From NCBI GenBank assembly GCA_965250285.1, contig OZ252299.1, positions 3,648,001 through 3,712,000 of the forward strand: a stretch of DNA of 64,000 nucleotides, in the 5' to 3' direction. This stretch comes from Myxococcota bacterium (GTDB lineage Bacteria; Myxococcota_A; UBA9160; UBA4427). Below the pieces are notes generated by a model. It did no database searches. It was not told the DNA's origin and saw only the letters and a list, made by a program, of their open reading frames with translations. A program made the translations under genes and the position numbers. Of the stretch, positions 49,156 through 59,186 are shown in pieces (positions within the stretch are counted from its first letter, which is position 1; the number at the start of each line of letters is the position of its first letter).

Positions 49156-49890
49156 TCAGAGATCGGATCGCAGCCGGTCGTTCGACGCGATCGAGGCGCC
49201 TCCCGACGCGTAGCTCTCGCGCCGCTCCTTGCTCCAGCGATCGACCTCGCCCTCGGGTACGCCGTAGGCGAGCCCACGGCCGACGCCCGGCCGAGCCCGG
49301 ACGCGATCGATCCACGCCATCACGTTCGGCCGATCGGTGATGTCGACCTTGCTCCACTTCCAGCCGCGCAGCCACGGGTAGATCGCGATATCGGCGATCG
49401 TGAACGTGTCGCCGCAGACGAAGTCGTGGCCCTCGAGCTGACGGTCGAGCACGCCCGAGAGCCGCCGCGCCTCGGTGCCGAACCGTTCGAGGGGGTGAGC
49501 GCGCGCTTCGTCGGGCACGTCGGTGATGTAGCGGGTGTACGCGAGCTTGTTTCCGAAGATCGGGCCGACGTTGGCCGCCTGCCAGTAGACCCACGGCAAT
49601 ACGTCCCAGCGCGCGTCGCCCTCGGGCAAGAGCGGTGAAGGGAGCTTCTCGCCGAGATACTGGAGGATCGCGCAGCTCTCGATCACGTTGCGGTCGCCAT
49701 CGCGCAGCGCCGGGATCTTCTGGTTGGGATTGACCGCGGTGAAGGCATCGCTGAACTGATCGCCCTGCATGATGTTGATCGGCGTGACGGTCAGATCCGA
49801 GAGCGCGAAGCCCGCTTCGCGGAGCTCCTCGACCATGATCGTCACCTTCCAACCGTTGGGCGTGGGCGACGTGAAGAGTTCCATCGGCAT
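49156..49890 (-). CDS. Glutathione S-transferase, YfcG/YghU (Nu)-like
   Basis: TPNGWKV, NPNQKIPAL, ESCAILQYL, TIADIAIYPW. Confidence 0.9.
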   Translation of the reverse strand: MPMELFTSPTPNGWKVTIMVEELREAGFALSDLTVTPINIMQGDQFSDAFTAVNPNQKIPALRDGDRNVIESCAILQYLGEKLPSPLLPEGDARWDVLPWVYWQAANVGPIFGNKLAYTRYITDVPDEARAHPLERFGTEARRLSGVLDRQLEGHDFVCGDTFTIADIAIYPWLRGWKWSKVDITDRPNVMAWIDRVRARPGVGRGLAYGVPEGEVDRWSKERRESYASGGASIASNDRLRSDL

Positions 49891-50109
49891 GGGCACCTCG
49901 GGCGCGTCGCGGGGTCGACGACGCATGGGGAGATCGGGCGATTCAGACTGAGTCCACGTCGACGGTCGAGCGCGGGGCGCTCGCCGGCGCCTGGGAAACC
50001 ATCCAACAGAACTCGCGCCCGTGCACGCGGGCGCGGCCGCATCGGCTCGAGCGGGTCGACAGCCACACCTCAGGCACGTGGGCAGAGCTGAGCGCCGCCC
50101 GGCCCCGCC

Positions 50110-51759
50110 TCAGACGCGCAGGCGAAGGTGCGCCCCGGCCAGGCCCGTCAGAATCACCACCAACGCCACGAGGCCCGGGGCCGGCAGGACGGGGACGGCC
50201 TCGGCGACCGGAACACGCTGGCTGCCGACCAGCGGAATCGTGACCGACGAAGGTCGAGCCGCGTCGAGGTACACCACGTTCGAGCTGAACTCGAAGAACG
50301 GCAGAAATCGCAGCACATCCGACTCGGGGGTGTGGCCGTTCGTCGGGTTGACGTCCTGGTCGTCGCGATTCGTGATCTCGAGCCGAATTCGATGCCCGGC
50401 CGGGATCCGACGCCCGGTGATGCTCAACGGGATCGTCAGCGTCGCGGGCGACGTGTCGGCCATCGCGCTGCCCACCGCCAACAGAATGGGCTCGTCACTC
50501 GCGGATACGTCGAACAGATGGACGTTCAGCTGATAGCGACTGCCGGTGCCTTCGACGTAGAGCGTTGCGGTCGGCTCTCCGACGACGAGCGCCTCGTCGA
50601 GGAGGGGGTCGGTCTCATAGGTCAGGACGTCGCGATTGAACGCGCTGCGAAGCGTATTGGGGTTGAAGTTCGGCGCGGTCGCCCACGTGAGGGCGCCCGG
50701 ATCGTTGACGAACGCATCGCTGGCACCGACGCTCGCGGGCGCGACGGGATCGAGCCGACTCGAAGGGCCGAGGTAGAGCGTATCGGTGGCCTGCCCCGGC
50801 GGCGGCCAGCTCGCGTACGAGACGTGCTCGTTGGTGCCCAGCAAGGCGACGCGGATCGCGTCTTCGGCGTCGATGCCCGTCGCCTCACCCTTCAAGTGGT
50901 AGTCGAACCAACGCAGGCGCAGATCGTCTCGAAAGGCCGAGTCGTTGTTCGGCGTGCCGTGTCCGCCGGTGCCCAGATAGACCATGCGCTGCGACGAGGC
51001 GGTGAGGGCCAGATGGTCGCTGACCGCGTGCGTGCCGGGCCATCGCGCATCCAACAGAGCCAGGTGGTTCTGAACCGGGATCGTGATCGACGGAAAGTTG
51101 GCGATCACCGGCCCCATGACCGCATCGAACGTCGACTCGACCAAAGCGCTCGGGTACTCGCCACCGAGCACCAATGCGGTGTCGGCCCCGGTCACACGCT
51201 CGAGACTGCCCTGGCTCACGATGTAGTCGACGAAGTTGTGGTAGGCGAAGTTGTAGGGGACGGCGGTCGCGAGCGCGTCGGTCAGCAGCACGCCCGACCA
51301 CGTCGTGTAGCCGCCGAGCGAGTTGCCCGTCATCCCGAAAGCGGCCGCGTTCATCGGCAACGTGACGCCGGCTTCGGCTTCGAAGCCGGTCAACAGCCAC
51401 GCCTTCAGGGCAACGATGTCGTTGGCGAAGTTGGGGGGCAGCCACTCGTCCGATGGCCGGTTGGTGTAGGACAGGGTGACGTACCCAAAGTCGGCGTAGC
51501 TGCCGGCCAGGCCCGAGTTCGAGTTCTTGCTCCCGCCGGCACCGTGCGCAAAGAAGACGACGGGCCAGCCGCCCGCGGGCGGGCTGCCCGTGTCGGGCCA
51601 GCGGACGTCCACATCGAGGTCGACGCCCGGCGCGACGTTGACGAACGTCGCATACGGTCCGTTGAAGGCATGTGCACTGGCGGCCCCCAAGCAGAACGCG
51701 AGCGCGGTCGCGAGCAGAGATGAAGGCAGGCCGAATCGACCCAGGGTCTTGGCCTTCAT
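50110..51759 (-). CDS. Exported CocE/NonD (S15)-like hydrolase with C-terminal sorting signal
   Basis: Signal peptide AHA, GNSLGG elbow, PepX_C-like jelly roll (GHRIRLEI), tail VPVLP-TM-RLR. Confidence 0.8.
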   Translation of the reverse strand: MKAKTLGRFGLPSSLLATALAFCLGAASAHAFNGPYATFVNVAPGVDLDVDVRWPDTGSPPAGGWPVVFFAHGAGGSKNSNSGLAGSYADFGYVTLSYTNRPSDEWLPPNFANDIVALKAWLLTGFEAEAGVTLPMNAAAFGMTGNSLGGYTTWSGVLLTDALATAVPYNFAYHNFVDYIVSQGSLERVTGADTALVLGGEYPSALVESTFDAVMGPVIANFPSITIPVQNHLALLDARWPGTHAVSDHLALTASSQRMVYLGTGGHGTPNNDSAFRDDLRLRWFDYHLKGEATGIDAEDAIRVALLGTNEHVSYASWPPPGQATDTLYLGPSSRLDPVAPASVGASDAFVNDPGALTWATAPNFNPNTLRSAFNRDVLTYETDPLLDEALVVGEPTATLYVEGTGSRYQLNVHLFDVSASDEPILLAVGSAMADTSPATLTIPLSITGRRIPAGHRIRLEITNRDDQDVNPTNGHTPESDVLRFLPFFEFSSNVVYLDAARPSSVTIPLVGSQRVPVAEAVPVLPAPGLVALVVILTGLAGAHLRLRV

Positions 51760-52853
51760 GAAGCGTTCTCCTTTCGCACCAGACGGACGCCGCCAGCGGC
51801 CAGCAGCGAGATGACCAGCGCCGCAAGCGCAGCGGGCGGCATCACGGGCACGGCGACGGCCGGCTGCGGGCCGTTCCTCGCGAGAAAGTCGAGCACGATG
51901 ACCGCCAGCTCCTCTCCCTTGTCCTCTTGCAAGAAGTGCCCTGCAGCTTCGATGATGACGTGCGGTTCGTCGGCCGCCCCGGGCACGTGCTCGATGAACT
52001 TGAGCTCGCCGCCCCAGGTGATCCGATCGCCGTCGCTGAAGGCGGTGAGGAAGGGTTTGTCGAAGCTCTGCAAGCCGACCCACGCCGCCGCGGTCTCGCT
52101 GCCAGCCGCGCCGACGAGCGTCGGAAACTCACGCGCGCCGGCGAGATAGACCTCGGCTTCATCGGGGAATGGAGCGCGGTAGGCCTCGCGGATCGCCGTC
52201 GACAGCGCCGTTTCGGTCGCGCCATCGACGATGGTCCCGGTATCGAAGACGGACACCGTCTGTGAATAGTCGAGCCACTCCGAGAAGGAGAGGCCGGGCG
52301 GGCGCGGATGTTCCGGCGGTCCGATCGTCGTCACCGGGCCGCCGGGCAGCGCCGTGTTCGCGGCGACCACGCCAGCGAACCAATCCGGGTTCTCTCCCAC
52401 CAGCCGCAGGCCAATCAATCCGCCCCAGTCCTGGCCGAAGAACGTGATCTCGGTAAGGCCCAGCTCGACGATGAGCTCGGCGACCCAGTTCGTGTGCCGG
52501 GTGTACGTGTAGTCGTCGCGACTCGTGGGCTTGTCGCTGCGACCGAAGCCGATCAGATCGGGGACGATCACGCGGTAGCCCGCCGCTACGAGCGGCGGGA
52601 TCATCTTGCGATAGAGGAACGACCACGACGGCTCGCCGTGCAGCAACAGGATTGGCGGGCCGTCGAGGGGCCCCTCGTCGACGTAGTGCATCCGAAGATC
52701 GCCATCGACCTGGATGTAGTTCGGCTCGAACGTGTACCCAGGCAGCCCGACGAACTGCGTGGCCGGCGTCCGGACGAACGGGATCGGATCGAGCGCTCGA
52801 GCCGGTGCGGCGCATGCGAACACGATGGCAACCACGAGGGGTATGTTCCGCAT
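51756..52853 (-). CDS. Haloalkane dehalogenase with signal peptide and C-terminal sorting signal
   Basis: MHYVDEGP, HGEPSWSFLYRKMIP, PDLIGFGRSDKP, QDWGG, AGHFLQEDKG; tail VPVMP-TM-RLVRK. Confidence 0.9.
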   Translation of the reverse strand: MRNIPLVVAIVFACAAPARALDPIPFVRTPATQFVGLPGYTFEPNYIQVDGDLRMHYVDEGPLDGPPILLLHGEPSWSFLYRKMIPPLVAAGYRVIVPDLIGFGRSDKPTSRDDYTYTRHTNWVAELIVELGLTEITFFGQDWGGLIGLRLVGENPDWFAGVVAANTALPGGPVTTIGPPEHPRPPGLSFSEWLDYSQTVSVFDTGTIVDGATETALSTAIREAYRAPFPDEAEVYLAGAREFPTLVGAAGSETAAAWVGLQSFDKPFLTAFSDGDRITWGGELKFIEHVPGAADEPHVIIEAAGHFLQEDKGEELAVIVLDFLARNGPQPAVAVPVMPPAALAALVISLLAAGGVRLVRKENAS

Positions 52854-53242
52854 CGAATCTCCACGTCGGCGTCGGTCGGCATGCCGCGATCCACAGCCGC
52901 GCGGGGCAGCGCGGTGCGATCGGAGCCCTGGACGGCATTGCGTCCACCCGGCTCGAAGCGATCGATGGAGAGGTCGGCGCGCGTTGCCGCAAACGACGCG
53001 CCACTGCCGTGGAGCCAAGAACCCGAAGCTACGACGACTGGCGCTTCGAACTCAAGCGAAACCTGGGGCGCGCTACGTGACGTCGAGTCGCATGGCACGC
53101 GTCGATCCATCGACCGGCAAGCACGACGCATCGCTGCGGGACGGTGCTTCGGGTGTGCGCGAGGAAGCGGCTGCAGAGCACGCGACGTGCCGATCCGGGC
53201 CGAGGATCGAACGCTCGTACGAAGCGCAGTTGGCGTCGCCAA

Positions 53243-53764
53243 CTACGACCGCGGTGCCACCTCGTAGAACCACACGTCGCCGTTGCGCACGACGTCGTTG
53301 GGATCACCGAACCCATCGCCAAGGCCGTACTTCTCGACCAGCTGCTCGAGGACCGGCGCGACCATCGGCCCCTCCATGATGCGGACGAGCCTGCGCTCGT
53401 AGATCACGTCGTCGACGCGCAGCAGGATCCGATCGTCCTTCGCGATCTCATGGGGCCACTGCTTCCAGAGCTTGCCGAAGGTCGAGTTCATGTAGCCCGA
53501 GACGATATACGGCTTGCCATCGTGCTCTGCGATCCAGGTGATGCGCGAGCGCGCGGGCTCGAGCAGCTGAAACTCGACCTCCTGCCGCGTTCGCATCGGC
53601 GACCAGTCGGGCTCGGGACCTTCGTAGAGCTCGCCCGTGGTGAACGGCCCGCCGGCGATGATCACGACCGGCCCGTCATGAAAGCGTGCGTAGATAAGGA
53701 GGACGGCCACGGCGAGGACGATCACGCCGATGAACCCACCGACGATCTTGAGCGTGGTCTGCAT
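53243..53764 (-). CDS. Hypothetical membrane-anchored protein
   Basis: AAGGAG RBS, N-terminal TM, DGP...GG...G motif. Confidence 0.7.
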   Translation of the reverse strand: MQTTLKIVGGFIGVIVLAVAVLLIYARFHDGPVVIIAGGPFTTGELYEGPEPDWSPMRTRQEVEFQLLEPARSRITWIAEHDGKPYIVSGYMNSTFGKLWKQWPHEIAKDDRILLRVDDVIYERRLVRIMEGPMVAPVLEQLVEKYGLGDGFGDPNDVVRNGDVWFYEVAPRS

Positions 53765-53886
53765 CGATTGGCTCCTTGGAAGAGGCTTCGCGGGGAGAGG
53801 CTTCGCGGCATGGGCGCCGGGTCGCGAGATTCTGCCGCAGCGTGACCGCTTCGAGAAGATCGATTCGTCGATCTGTCGAATCGGAG

Positions 53887-55653
53887 CTAGCTCGAGGGGG
53901 CCTCGATCGGGGCCGCGGGCTCACGCCCGAATCGCGTCGGCCGCGCTGCCGCCACACCGGTCGCACCGAGCAGCCCCCACAGAATCGGACCACTGCCGAC
54001 CGGGACCGGCGGCGCGCTCGGCAGATCGACCACGAGCGTCTGCCCCGAAGCCACATCGTGCTCGACGAGCCACGGGAGCGTCGCGCCGGGGGCATAGACA
54101 CGAACCCGGTGCACCGAGCCCGCGTGGTCGCCCAGACCGAAGTGCGCAACCGGCTCGCTCCACGCGAGAAAGTGCGGGCCGCCGGTGATCTCACGCGACA
54201 TCGAGACGGCGCCGGGCTGTGCCTCGACCTCGACGCGCGCACCGATCGCGTCTCGCACACCGCCCGCGGTGCGCACGCGCACGCGGAGCCACGCGCCGTC
54301 GTTGCCCCCGTCGTTGCGCAGAAGGTGCGGTGCCTCGCCGTTCGCGACGACGAAGACGTCGAGGTCGCCGTCGTCATCGTAGTCGAACGTGAGCAGCCCC
54401 TTGCCGGCGGTCGTCGCTGCGAACCCGGCGCTTGCGGCGACGTCGGGCATGACCGTGCCCGCACCGTCGTTGCGGAAGAGACGCTGTGGATCGAAGTTGT
54501 AGGGCCCGACGAGCCCCCCGAGCCCGACGAAGCGCTGGCCGTTGGTCATCGCGAGGTCGAGGTCGCCGTCGTTGTCGTAGTCGAAGAAGGCGGCGCCCCA
54601 CCCCCAGCGCCCGTCGCGTACGCCGTAGGTATCCGTGCCGTCGCTGAAGCTGCGAAGCCCCTCGTTCAGATAGAGTCGGTTGCCCGACGTCCCCCAGTTG
54701 CAGAATTGTCCGCCGTTGCAGATGTCGAGGGGATCCCAGATCGACGTCACGAACCAGTCGAGGTCACCGTCGCCGTCGACGTCGCCCAGCGCAGCCCCCA
54801 TGCCGTTCTCGTCGGTTCCGACGCCCGCCGCGATCGTGCCGTCGGTGAAGGTGCCGTCGCCGTCGTTCCAGAAGAGGCGCGTCGTCTCGAAGTCGCTCGC
54901 GATCAGCAGATCGGGGTGGCCATCGAGGTCGACGTCCGAGAAACGCGAGGTGAACGCGAAGACGCCACCGGGGATGCCGGGCACGTCCGACAGGTCGAGG
55001 CCTGCGTCCACCGTCTCGTCATCGAAGTAGCCCGGAGCAGAAGGGCCACGGTTGCGCAGAATGCGAGCGTGGGCCTGGCTCGAGCCCCACTCACAGATGT
55101 GGAGGTCGAGCCATCCATCGCCATCGTAGTCGCCGACGGCGACGCTCTGTCCGCCGTTCAGCTCGCCGTCATCGACGTCGGCACCGCGCAGCGCCGCTTC
55201 TTCTGTGAAGTGGCCCGTTCCATCGTTGACGTAGAGCAGGTAGCGGCTCTCGCGCACCGTCGACACGAACAGGTCGAGATCGCCATCGTTGTCGATGTCT
55301 GCGAAGGCCGCTCCGTTCGTCTGCATGTCTTGCGTGAACCCGGCCAGCACCGATCCCGTCGACGAGAACGTGCCGTCACCCTGATTCAGGTGCAGCAGAT
55401 CGGTGTCGTCGAAGCGGGTCGTGAAGAGGTCGACGTGGCCATCCCCATCGACGTCGCCGGCGGCGGCGCCCCCCGTCATCCACAGCATCTCGGTGAGCGG
55501 GCCGCCGGGCGCCACCCCGTGTTGGTCGTACACGAGGCCGGCGGCGGCCGCCTCGTCGCTGAAGGTCGGCGCGGCACGAGCGGGCAACGACGCGAGCATC
55601 CCCACCACCGTGAGCACGATGGCGATCCAGCCCGCCGGCTTGCTCGATGCCAT
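53887..55653 (-). CDS. CRTAC1/ASPIC-UnbV family FG-GAP repeat protein with C-terminal sorting-like tail
   Basis: Repeated DxDGDGxxDL motifs, AIGARV, HFGLG; signal peptide ARA. Confidence 0.9.
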   Translation of the reverse strand: MASSKPAGWIAIVLTVVGMLASLPARAAPTFSDEAAAAGLVYDQHGVAPGGPLTEMLWMTGGAAAGDVDGDGHVDLFTTRFDDTDLLHLNQGDGTFSSTGSVLAGFTQDMQTNGAAFADIDNDGDLDLFVSTVRESRYLLYVNDGTGHFTEEAALRGADVDDGELNGGQSVAVGDYDGDGWLDLHICEWGSSQAHARILRNRGPSAPGYFDDETVDAGLDLSDVPGIPGGVFAFTSRFSDVDLDGHPDLLIASDFETTRLFWNDGDGTFTDGTIAAGVGTDENGMGAALGDVDGDGDLDWFVTSIWDPLDICNGGQFCNWGTSGNRLYLNEGLRSFSDGTDTYGVRDGRWGWGAAFFDYDNDGDLDLAMTNGQRFVGLGGLVGPYNFDPQRLFRNDGAGTVMPDVAASAGFAATTAGKGLLTFDYDDDGDLDVFVVANGEAPHLLRNDGGNDGAWLRVRVRTAGGVRDAIGARVEVEAQPGAVSMSREITGGPHFLAWSEPVAHFGLGDHAGSVHRVRVYAPGATLPWLVEHDVASGQTLVVDLPSAPPVPVGSGPILWGLLGATGVAAARPTRFGREPAAPIEAPSS

Positions 55654-56035
55654 CGATCCTCGCCTCGTCGTTGCGTTCCGAAGCCGCACCGGCACCCCCT
55701 CCGACGGATCCGCGCGCTGACACACGATCTTGCCATCCCGACCGCTCGGGGTGAATGCCGAGTTCGCTCGCGCGGGCGCGAGGCAGCGGGACCCTTCGAT
55801 TCGGCATAAGAAAAGAAATCCCTCGAAAGAAATACAGATGGACAGCGCGTCGGCGACGCACGTAGGATGCGGGGGCTCCCGGGTGATCGGTTTGGGAAGG
55901 CCGGCCACCTCGTCTTGCGCGGCATGCGGCTCGCGCGCGATGGCCTCGGATAGGGCGGAGCAGTCGAGGGGCTCGTGGCATGCGCCCGAGCCCGGAGAAG
56001 GGGATATTGCGATGCGATGCGGGAGACGTGCGCCC

Positions 56036-56776
56036 ATGCGGCGGGCGCACTCGACGATCGGCACGATCGTCACGGCATGCCTGTTCGCGCTTGCGATGGC
56101 AGGCAGCGCTCAGGCACTCAAGTTCGACTACCAGATCGGCAATCAGAACAGCTCGGGTGGGATCACCGTCTCGGACGGTGGCTACACGGCGACGGCCACG
56201 GGATGGGGGGGCATTTCGAATCCCCAGAACAGCCTGAACCCGACGAATCCGGGCGCGTCCGGCGCTCAGAACCTGGGCACCAACATCGGTACGGCGCTCG
56301 GCTTCGGGCGCGGCATCGGCTGCGGCACGGTCATCAGCATCAGCCAATGTGATCTCATCGCGCCGTCCGGCGAAGATGCGCTGCTCATCGAGTTCAGTGC
56401 GCTGATGGAGATCACGCGCATCTACGGCACGCTGCTCGAGAACCCCGACGACATCTCGGCGTGGAGCTGGAACGGCAGCAGCTGGGACCTGATCGGTACG
56501 GACGACTGCCCCCCCGACGGCTTCTTCAACAACTGCGGATCGTTCGGCCAGTTCGACGGCGAGGACATCGGGCACATCGACCTCATCGGTGGCGGCACGC
56601 TCCTGCCGTCGAACCCGACCGAGTATCTGCTGATCGTCGCCGAAGACACCAGCGCGAGTGCGTTTCGGCTGGGCTTCATCGAGGCGACGGTCATCCCCGA
56701 GCCGAGCACCGCGCTGCTGATCGGGGTCGGTCTGGCGGTGGCTGCTCGCGCTCGCCGGGGCCGAAGCGGCGCCTAG
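56036..56776 (+). CDS. PEP-CTERM sorting domain protein (start may be 56012)
   Basis: Signal peptide AQA; IPEPSTALLIGVGLAVAARARR. Confidence 0.88.
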   Translation: MRRAHSTIGTIVTACLFALAMAGSAQALKFDYQIGNQNSSGGITVSDGGYTATATGWGGISNPQNSLNPTNPGASGAQNLGTNIGTALGFGRGIGCGTVISISQCDLIAPSGEDALLIEFSALMEITRIYGTLLENPDDISAWSWNGSSWDLIGTDDCPPDGFFNNCGSFGQFDGEDIGHIDLIGGGTLLPSNPTEYLLIVAEDTSASAFRLGFIEATVIPEPSTALLIGVGLAVAARARRGRSGA

Positions 56777-57163
56777 CGGGCATCGAGGGGGGCCGGGCCT
56801 AACGCGCCGAGTTCGAGTTCGCTCGACTCGGCGGGGCGCGTTCGCAGCCGACCTGATCGCCCGGTTCGCGTGAAAACCCGGGAGCCGACGCGCGCTGTTG
56901 CCGCAGCGTTGCGTCGGCTCGGGGCGCGGCCCCGATCTGCACACGCTCCCGGACGGCTCACGCCGTGAGCCGCTGCGGTTGAGACGTGGCGCGCAGATTG
57001 TCCGACACAATCGGCGACCCCACACCACCCATTCAGAACACGAAGCCTTGCGGGTCTCGACCATTCGAGGGCCCGGAGGATGCTGTGCGTGCCCGGCCGG
57101 TGTCTTCGATGCACCGAATACCGGATGTGATGTGACGTTGACGTAGAGACGCTGGAGTTCCCG

Positions 57164-57736
57164 ATGATTCGTCCGCTCGCCCTTTCCCTCTGCTTGTTCA
57201 TGGCACTCGCCGGTCCTGCTTCGGCCATCACGATCTACGACGAATCGGTCGATGGTGACCTGTCGGGCGTGCCGTCTTCGCCGGATGCCCTGGCCGTGTC
57301 GGTCGGTGCGAATACGGTGATCGGCAGCGTCGGCCAGAACGGCGGCACCGGCGCGACCAACGGCAGCGACGCCGACTACTTCAGCATCACGATCGGCGCC
57401 GGCGAATCGCTCACGGCACTGACCATCGACAGCTACACGTTCGCCCCGTCGAACCCGGGTGCGAGCTTCATCGGCATCGTGGCGGGGGACGGCTTCAGCG
57501 GTCAGGGGGGCGGCAGCGTCGACAACTTCGTGCTCTTCAACGCGTTGTCGGCTGACGTGCTGCCCGGTCTCGCCGGTGGACCGCTCGGCGAAGGCACCTA
57601 CTCGTTCTGGGTGCAGGAAGTTTCGCCCACCGTCGTCGACTATCAGCTCACGGCGACGGTCGTGCCCGAGCCGTCGACCGCACTGTTCGTCGGCCTCGGC
57701 CTGTGCGGCCTCGCCGCCCGCGCGCGACGCGCCTGA
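57164..57736 (+). CDS. PEP-CTERM sorting domain protein
   Basis: GGAG RBS; signal ASA; VPEPSTALFVGLGLCGLAARARR. Confidence 0.9.
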   Translation: MIRPLALSLCLFMALAGPASAITIYDESVDGDLSGVPSSPDALAVSVGANTVIGSVGQNGGTGATNGSDADYFSITIGAGESLTALTIDSYTFAPSNPGASFIGIVAGDGFSGQGGGSVDNFVLFNALSADVLPGLAGGPLGEGTYSFWVQEVSPTVVDYQLTATVVPEPSTALFVGLGLCGLAARARRA

Positions 57737-57914
57737 GCGTTGCCCGGCGCCCGGCGCGCGCGCGCCGGGCGACGATTCGGCGCCCGGGAAACGCAGCCGT
57801 CGACGCGCAGGTGACCGGCCCCTAGGATCGGGCGGATCGGGGGCTCTGGCTCGGGTCCACCCCATGCACCCCTGATCCTGCGCGGTCGGTCGCGCTCGGA
57901 AGAGGCGAGCACAC

Positions 57915-59186
57915 ATGGTGCGATTGAGCGACCTCCCGCCCGAAGAGGCCGAACACCTGCTGGCGAAGGCGTGCGACCCCTTCGACACGCAGCCGTGGGT
58001 CACCGGTGTCCCGCTTGCCGAGCGACGGGTCTCGATCGTCACCACCGCCGGACTCCACCGAGCAGATGATGCGGCCTTCGCCGCGATCGATCTCAGCTAT
58101 CGCGTGATTCCGGGTCATGCGGCGGCCACCGATCTCACGATGACCCACTCGTCGATCCATTTCGACCGGGTCGGCTTTCGGGAAGACACGAATGTGGTGT
58201 TCCCGATCGACCGACTGCACGAGCTCGAGCGCGATGGCGTCATCGGGTCGGTCGCCGACTACCACTATTCACTGATGGGCGCCGGCTGGCCCCCGGCAGC
58301 CATCGAACCCACCGCACTCGAGCTGGCGCAGCGGCTTCGGGAGGATGGGGCGGATGCGGTCTGCCTCGTCCCCGTCTGACCGAACTGCACCCGCGCGGTC
58401 GGCGCGGTCAGCCACTACCTGGAGCGTGCCGGCATCGCGACCACGGGCATCAGCCTGGTTCGAGAGAACACCGAGCGCATGCGCCTGCCGCGTTTTCTCT
58501 GGGTGCCGTTCGAGCTGGGCCGGCCGTTCGGCGCGCCTCACGAGCCCGACTTCCAGCGCCGCGTCCTGCGCGCGGCCCTCGAGCTGCTCGAACGCGACGA
58601 TGGCCCGGTCGTTCTCGAGGACTTCCCCGACGATGCCCCCGTGGCCGTCGGCGATGGAGGCGAAGCCTGGTCATGCCCGGTCTCCTTCCAGCCGACGCAC
58701 GACGACGAGACCGAGCTCGTACGCGACACGCTCGACGAGATGGCGCAGCTCGCGCCCTGGCACGAGCTCTACACCGCACGCACGGGGCGCTCGGCGCCCG
58801 CCGCCTCGGGTCTGTCTCAGGTCGACATCGTGCGCGGACTCGGTGACCTGGCCGAGGACGAGACGGCCTCGACCGTCACCACGAACCGGCCGCTCATCGA
58901 GTGGGTTCGGCTCGGCTGTGACGACGTCCGAACCTGGTACCTCGAGGCGGCCCGCGGCCGCCCCGGCACGGCCTCGTCGACCGAGCTGAACGCCTGGTTC
59001 TGGGAGCAGACGGCCTTCGCTCGTCTGATCGCCGAGGCGGCCACGACGCTGGCACGGTCGAGCGACCCGGGCGTACAGCTCTTCGCGCGGCGCTCGATGG
59101 TTCCGCGCGCGCACATGCCAGCCTTGATGCCCGGCGTCGCGCCTTCGGCCGGCGAGCTCGTCGGCCCGGACAGGACGAAGCCATGA
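57915..59186 (+). CDS. Selenoprotein B-like protein (PrdB/GrdB family), 423 aa, Sec at TGA 58377-58379
   Basis: ORFs 57915-58379 and 58479-59186 are in the same frame; read-through gives LVPV-U-PNCTRAVG..HYLERAGIATTGIS; VTTAG and DTNVVFPIDRL family motifs. Confidence 0.88.
58385..58411 (+). promoter_or_regulatory. Candidate bacterial SECIS hairpin
   Basis: CTG-CAC-CCGCGC-GGTCG-GCGCGG-T-CAG; G-initiated loop 17 nt after the UGA. Confidence 0.65.

Noticed and set aside
52860..53240. Longer intergenic regions (also 55660-56010 and 56780-57160) as ncRNA or riboswitch candidates
   Set aside because: No recognisable RNA motif, tRNA fold or convincing small ORF by eye; an Rfam search would be needed.
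53780..53808. Short tandem duplication of AGAGGCTTCGCGG
   Set aside because: Only two copies with no spacers or cas genes; not CRISPR and no function supportable.
58479..59186. Independent 235-aa gene, or a nonsense pseudogene
   Set aside because: The intervening 33 codons are in frame and contain the xxC of UxxC plus family-like sequence and a SECIS-like hairpin.
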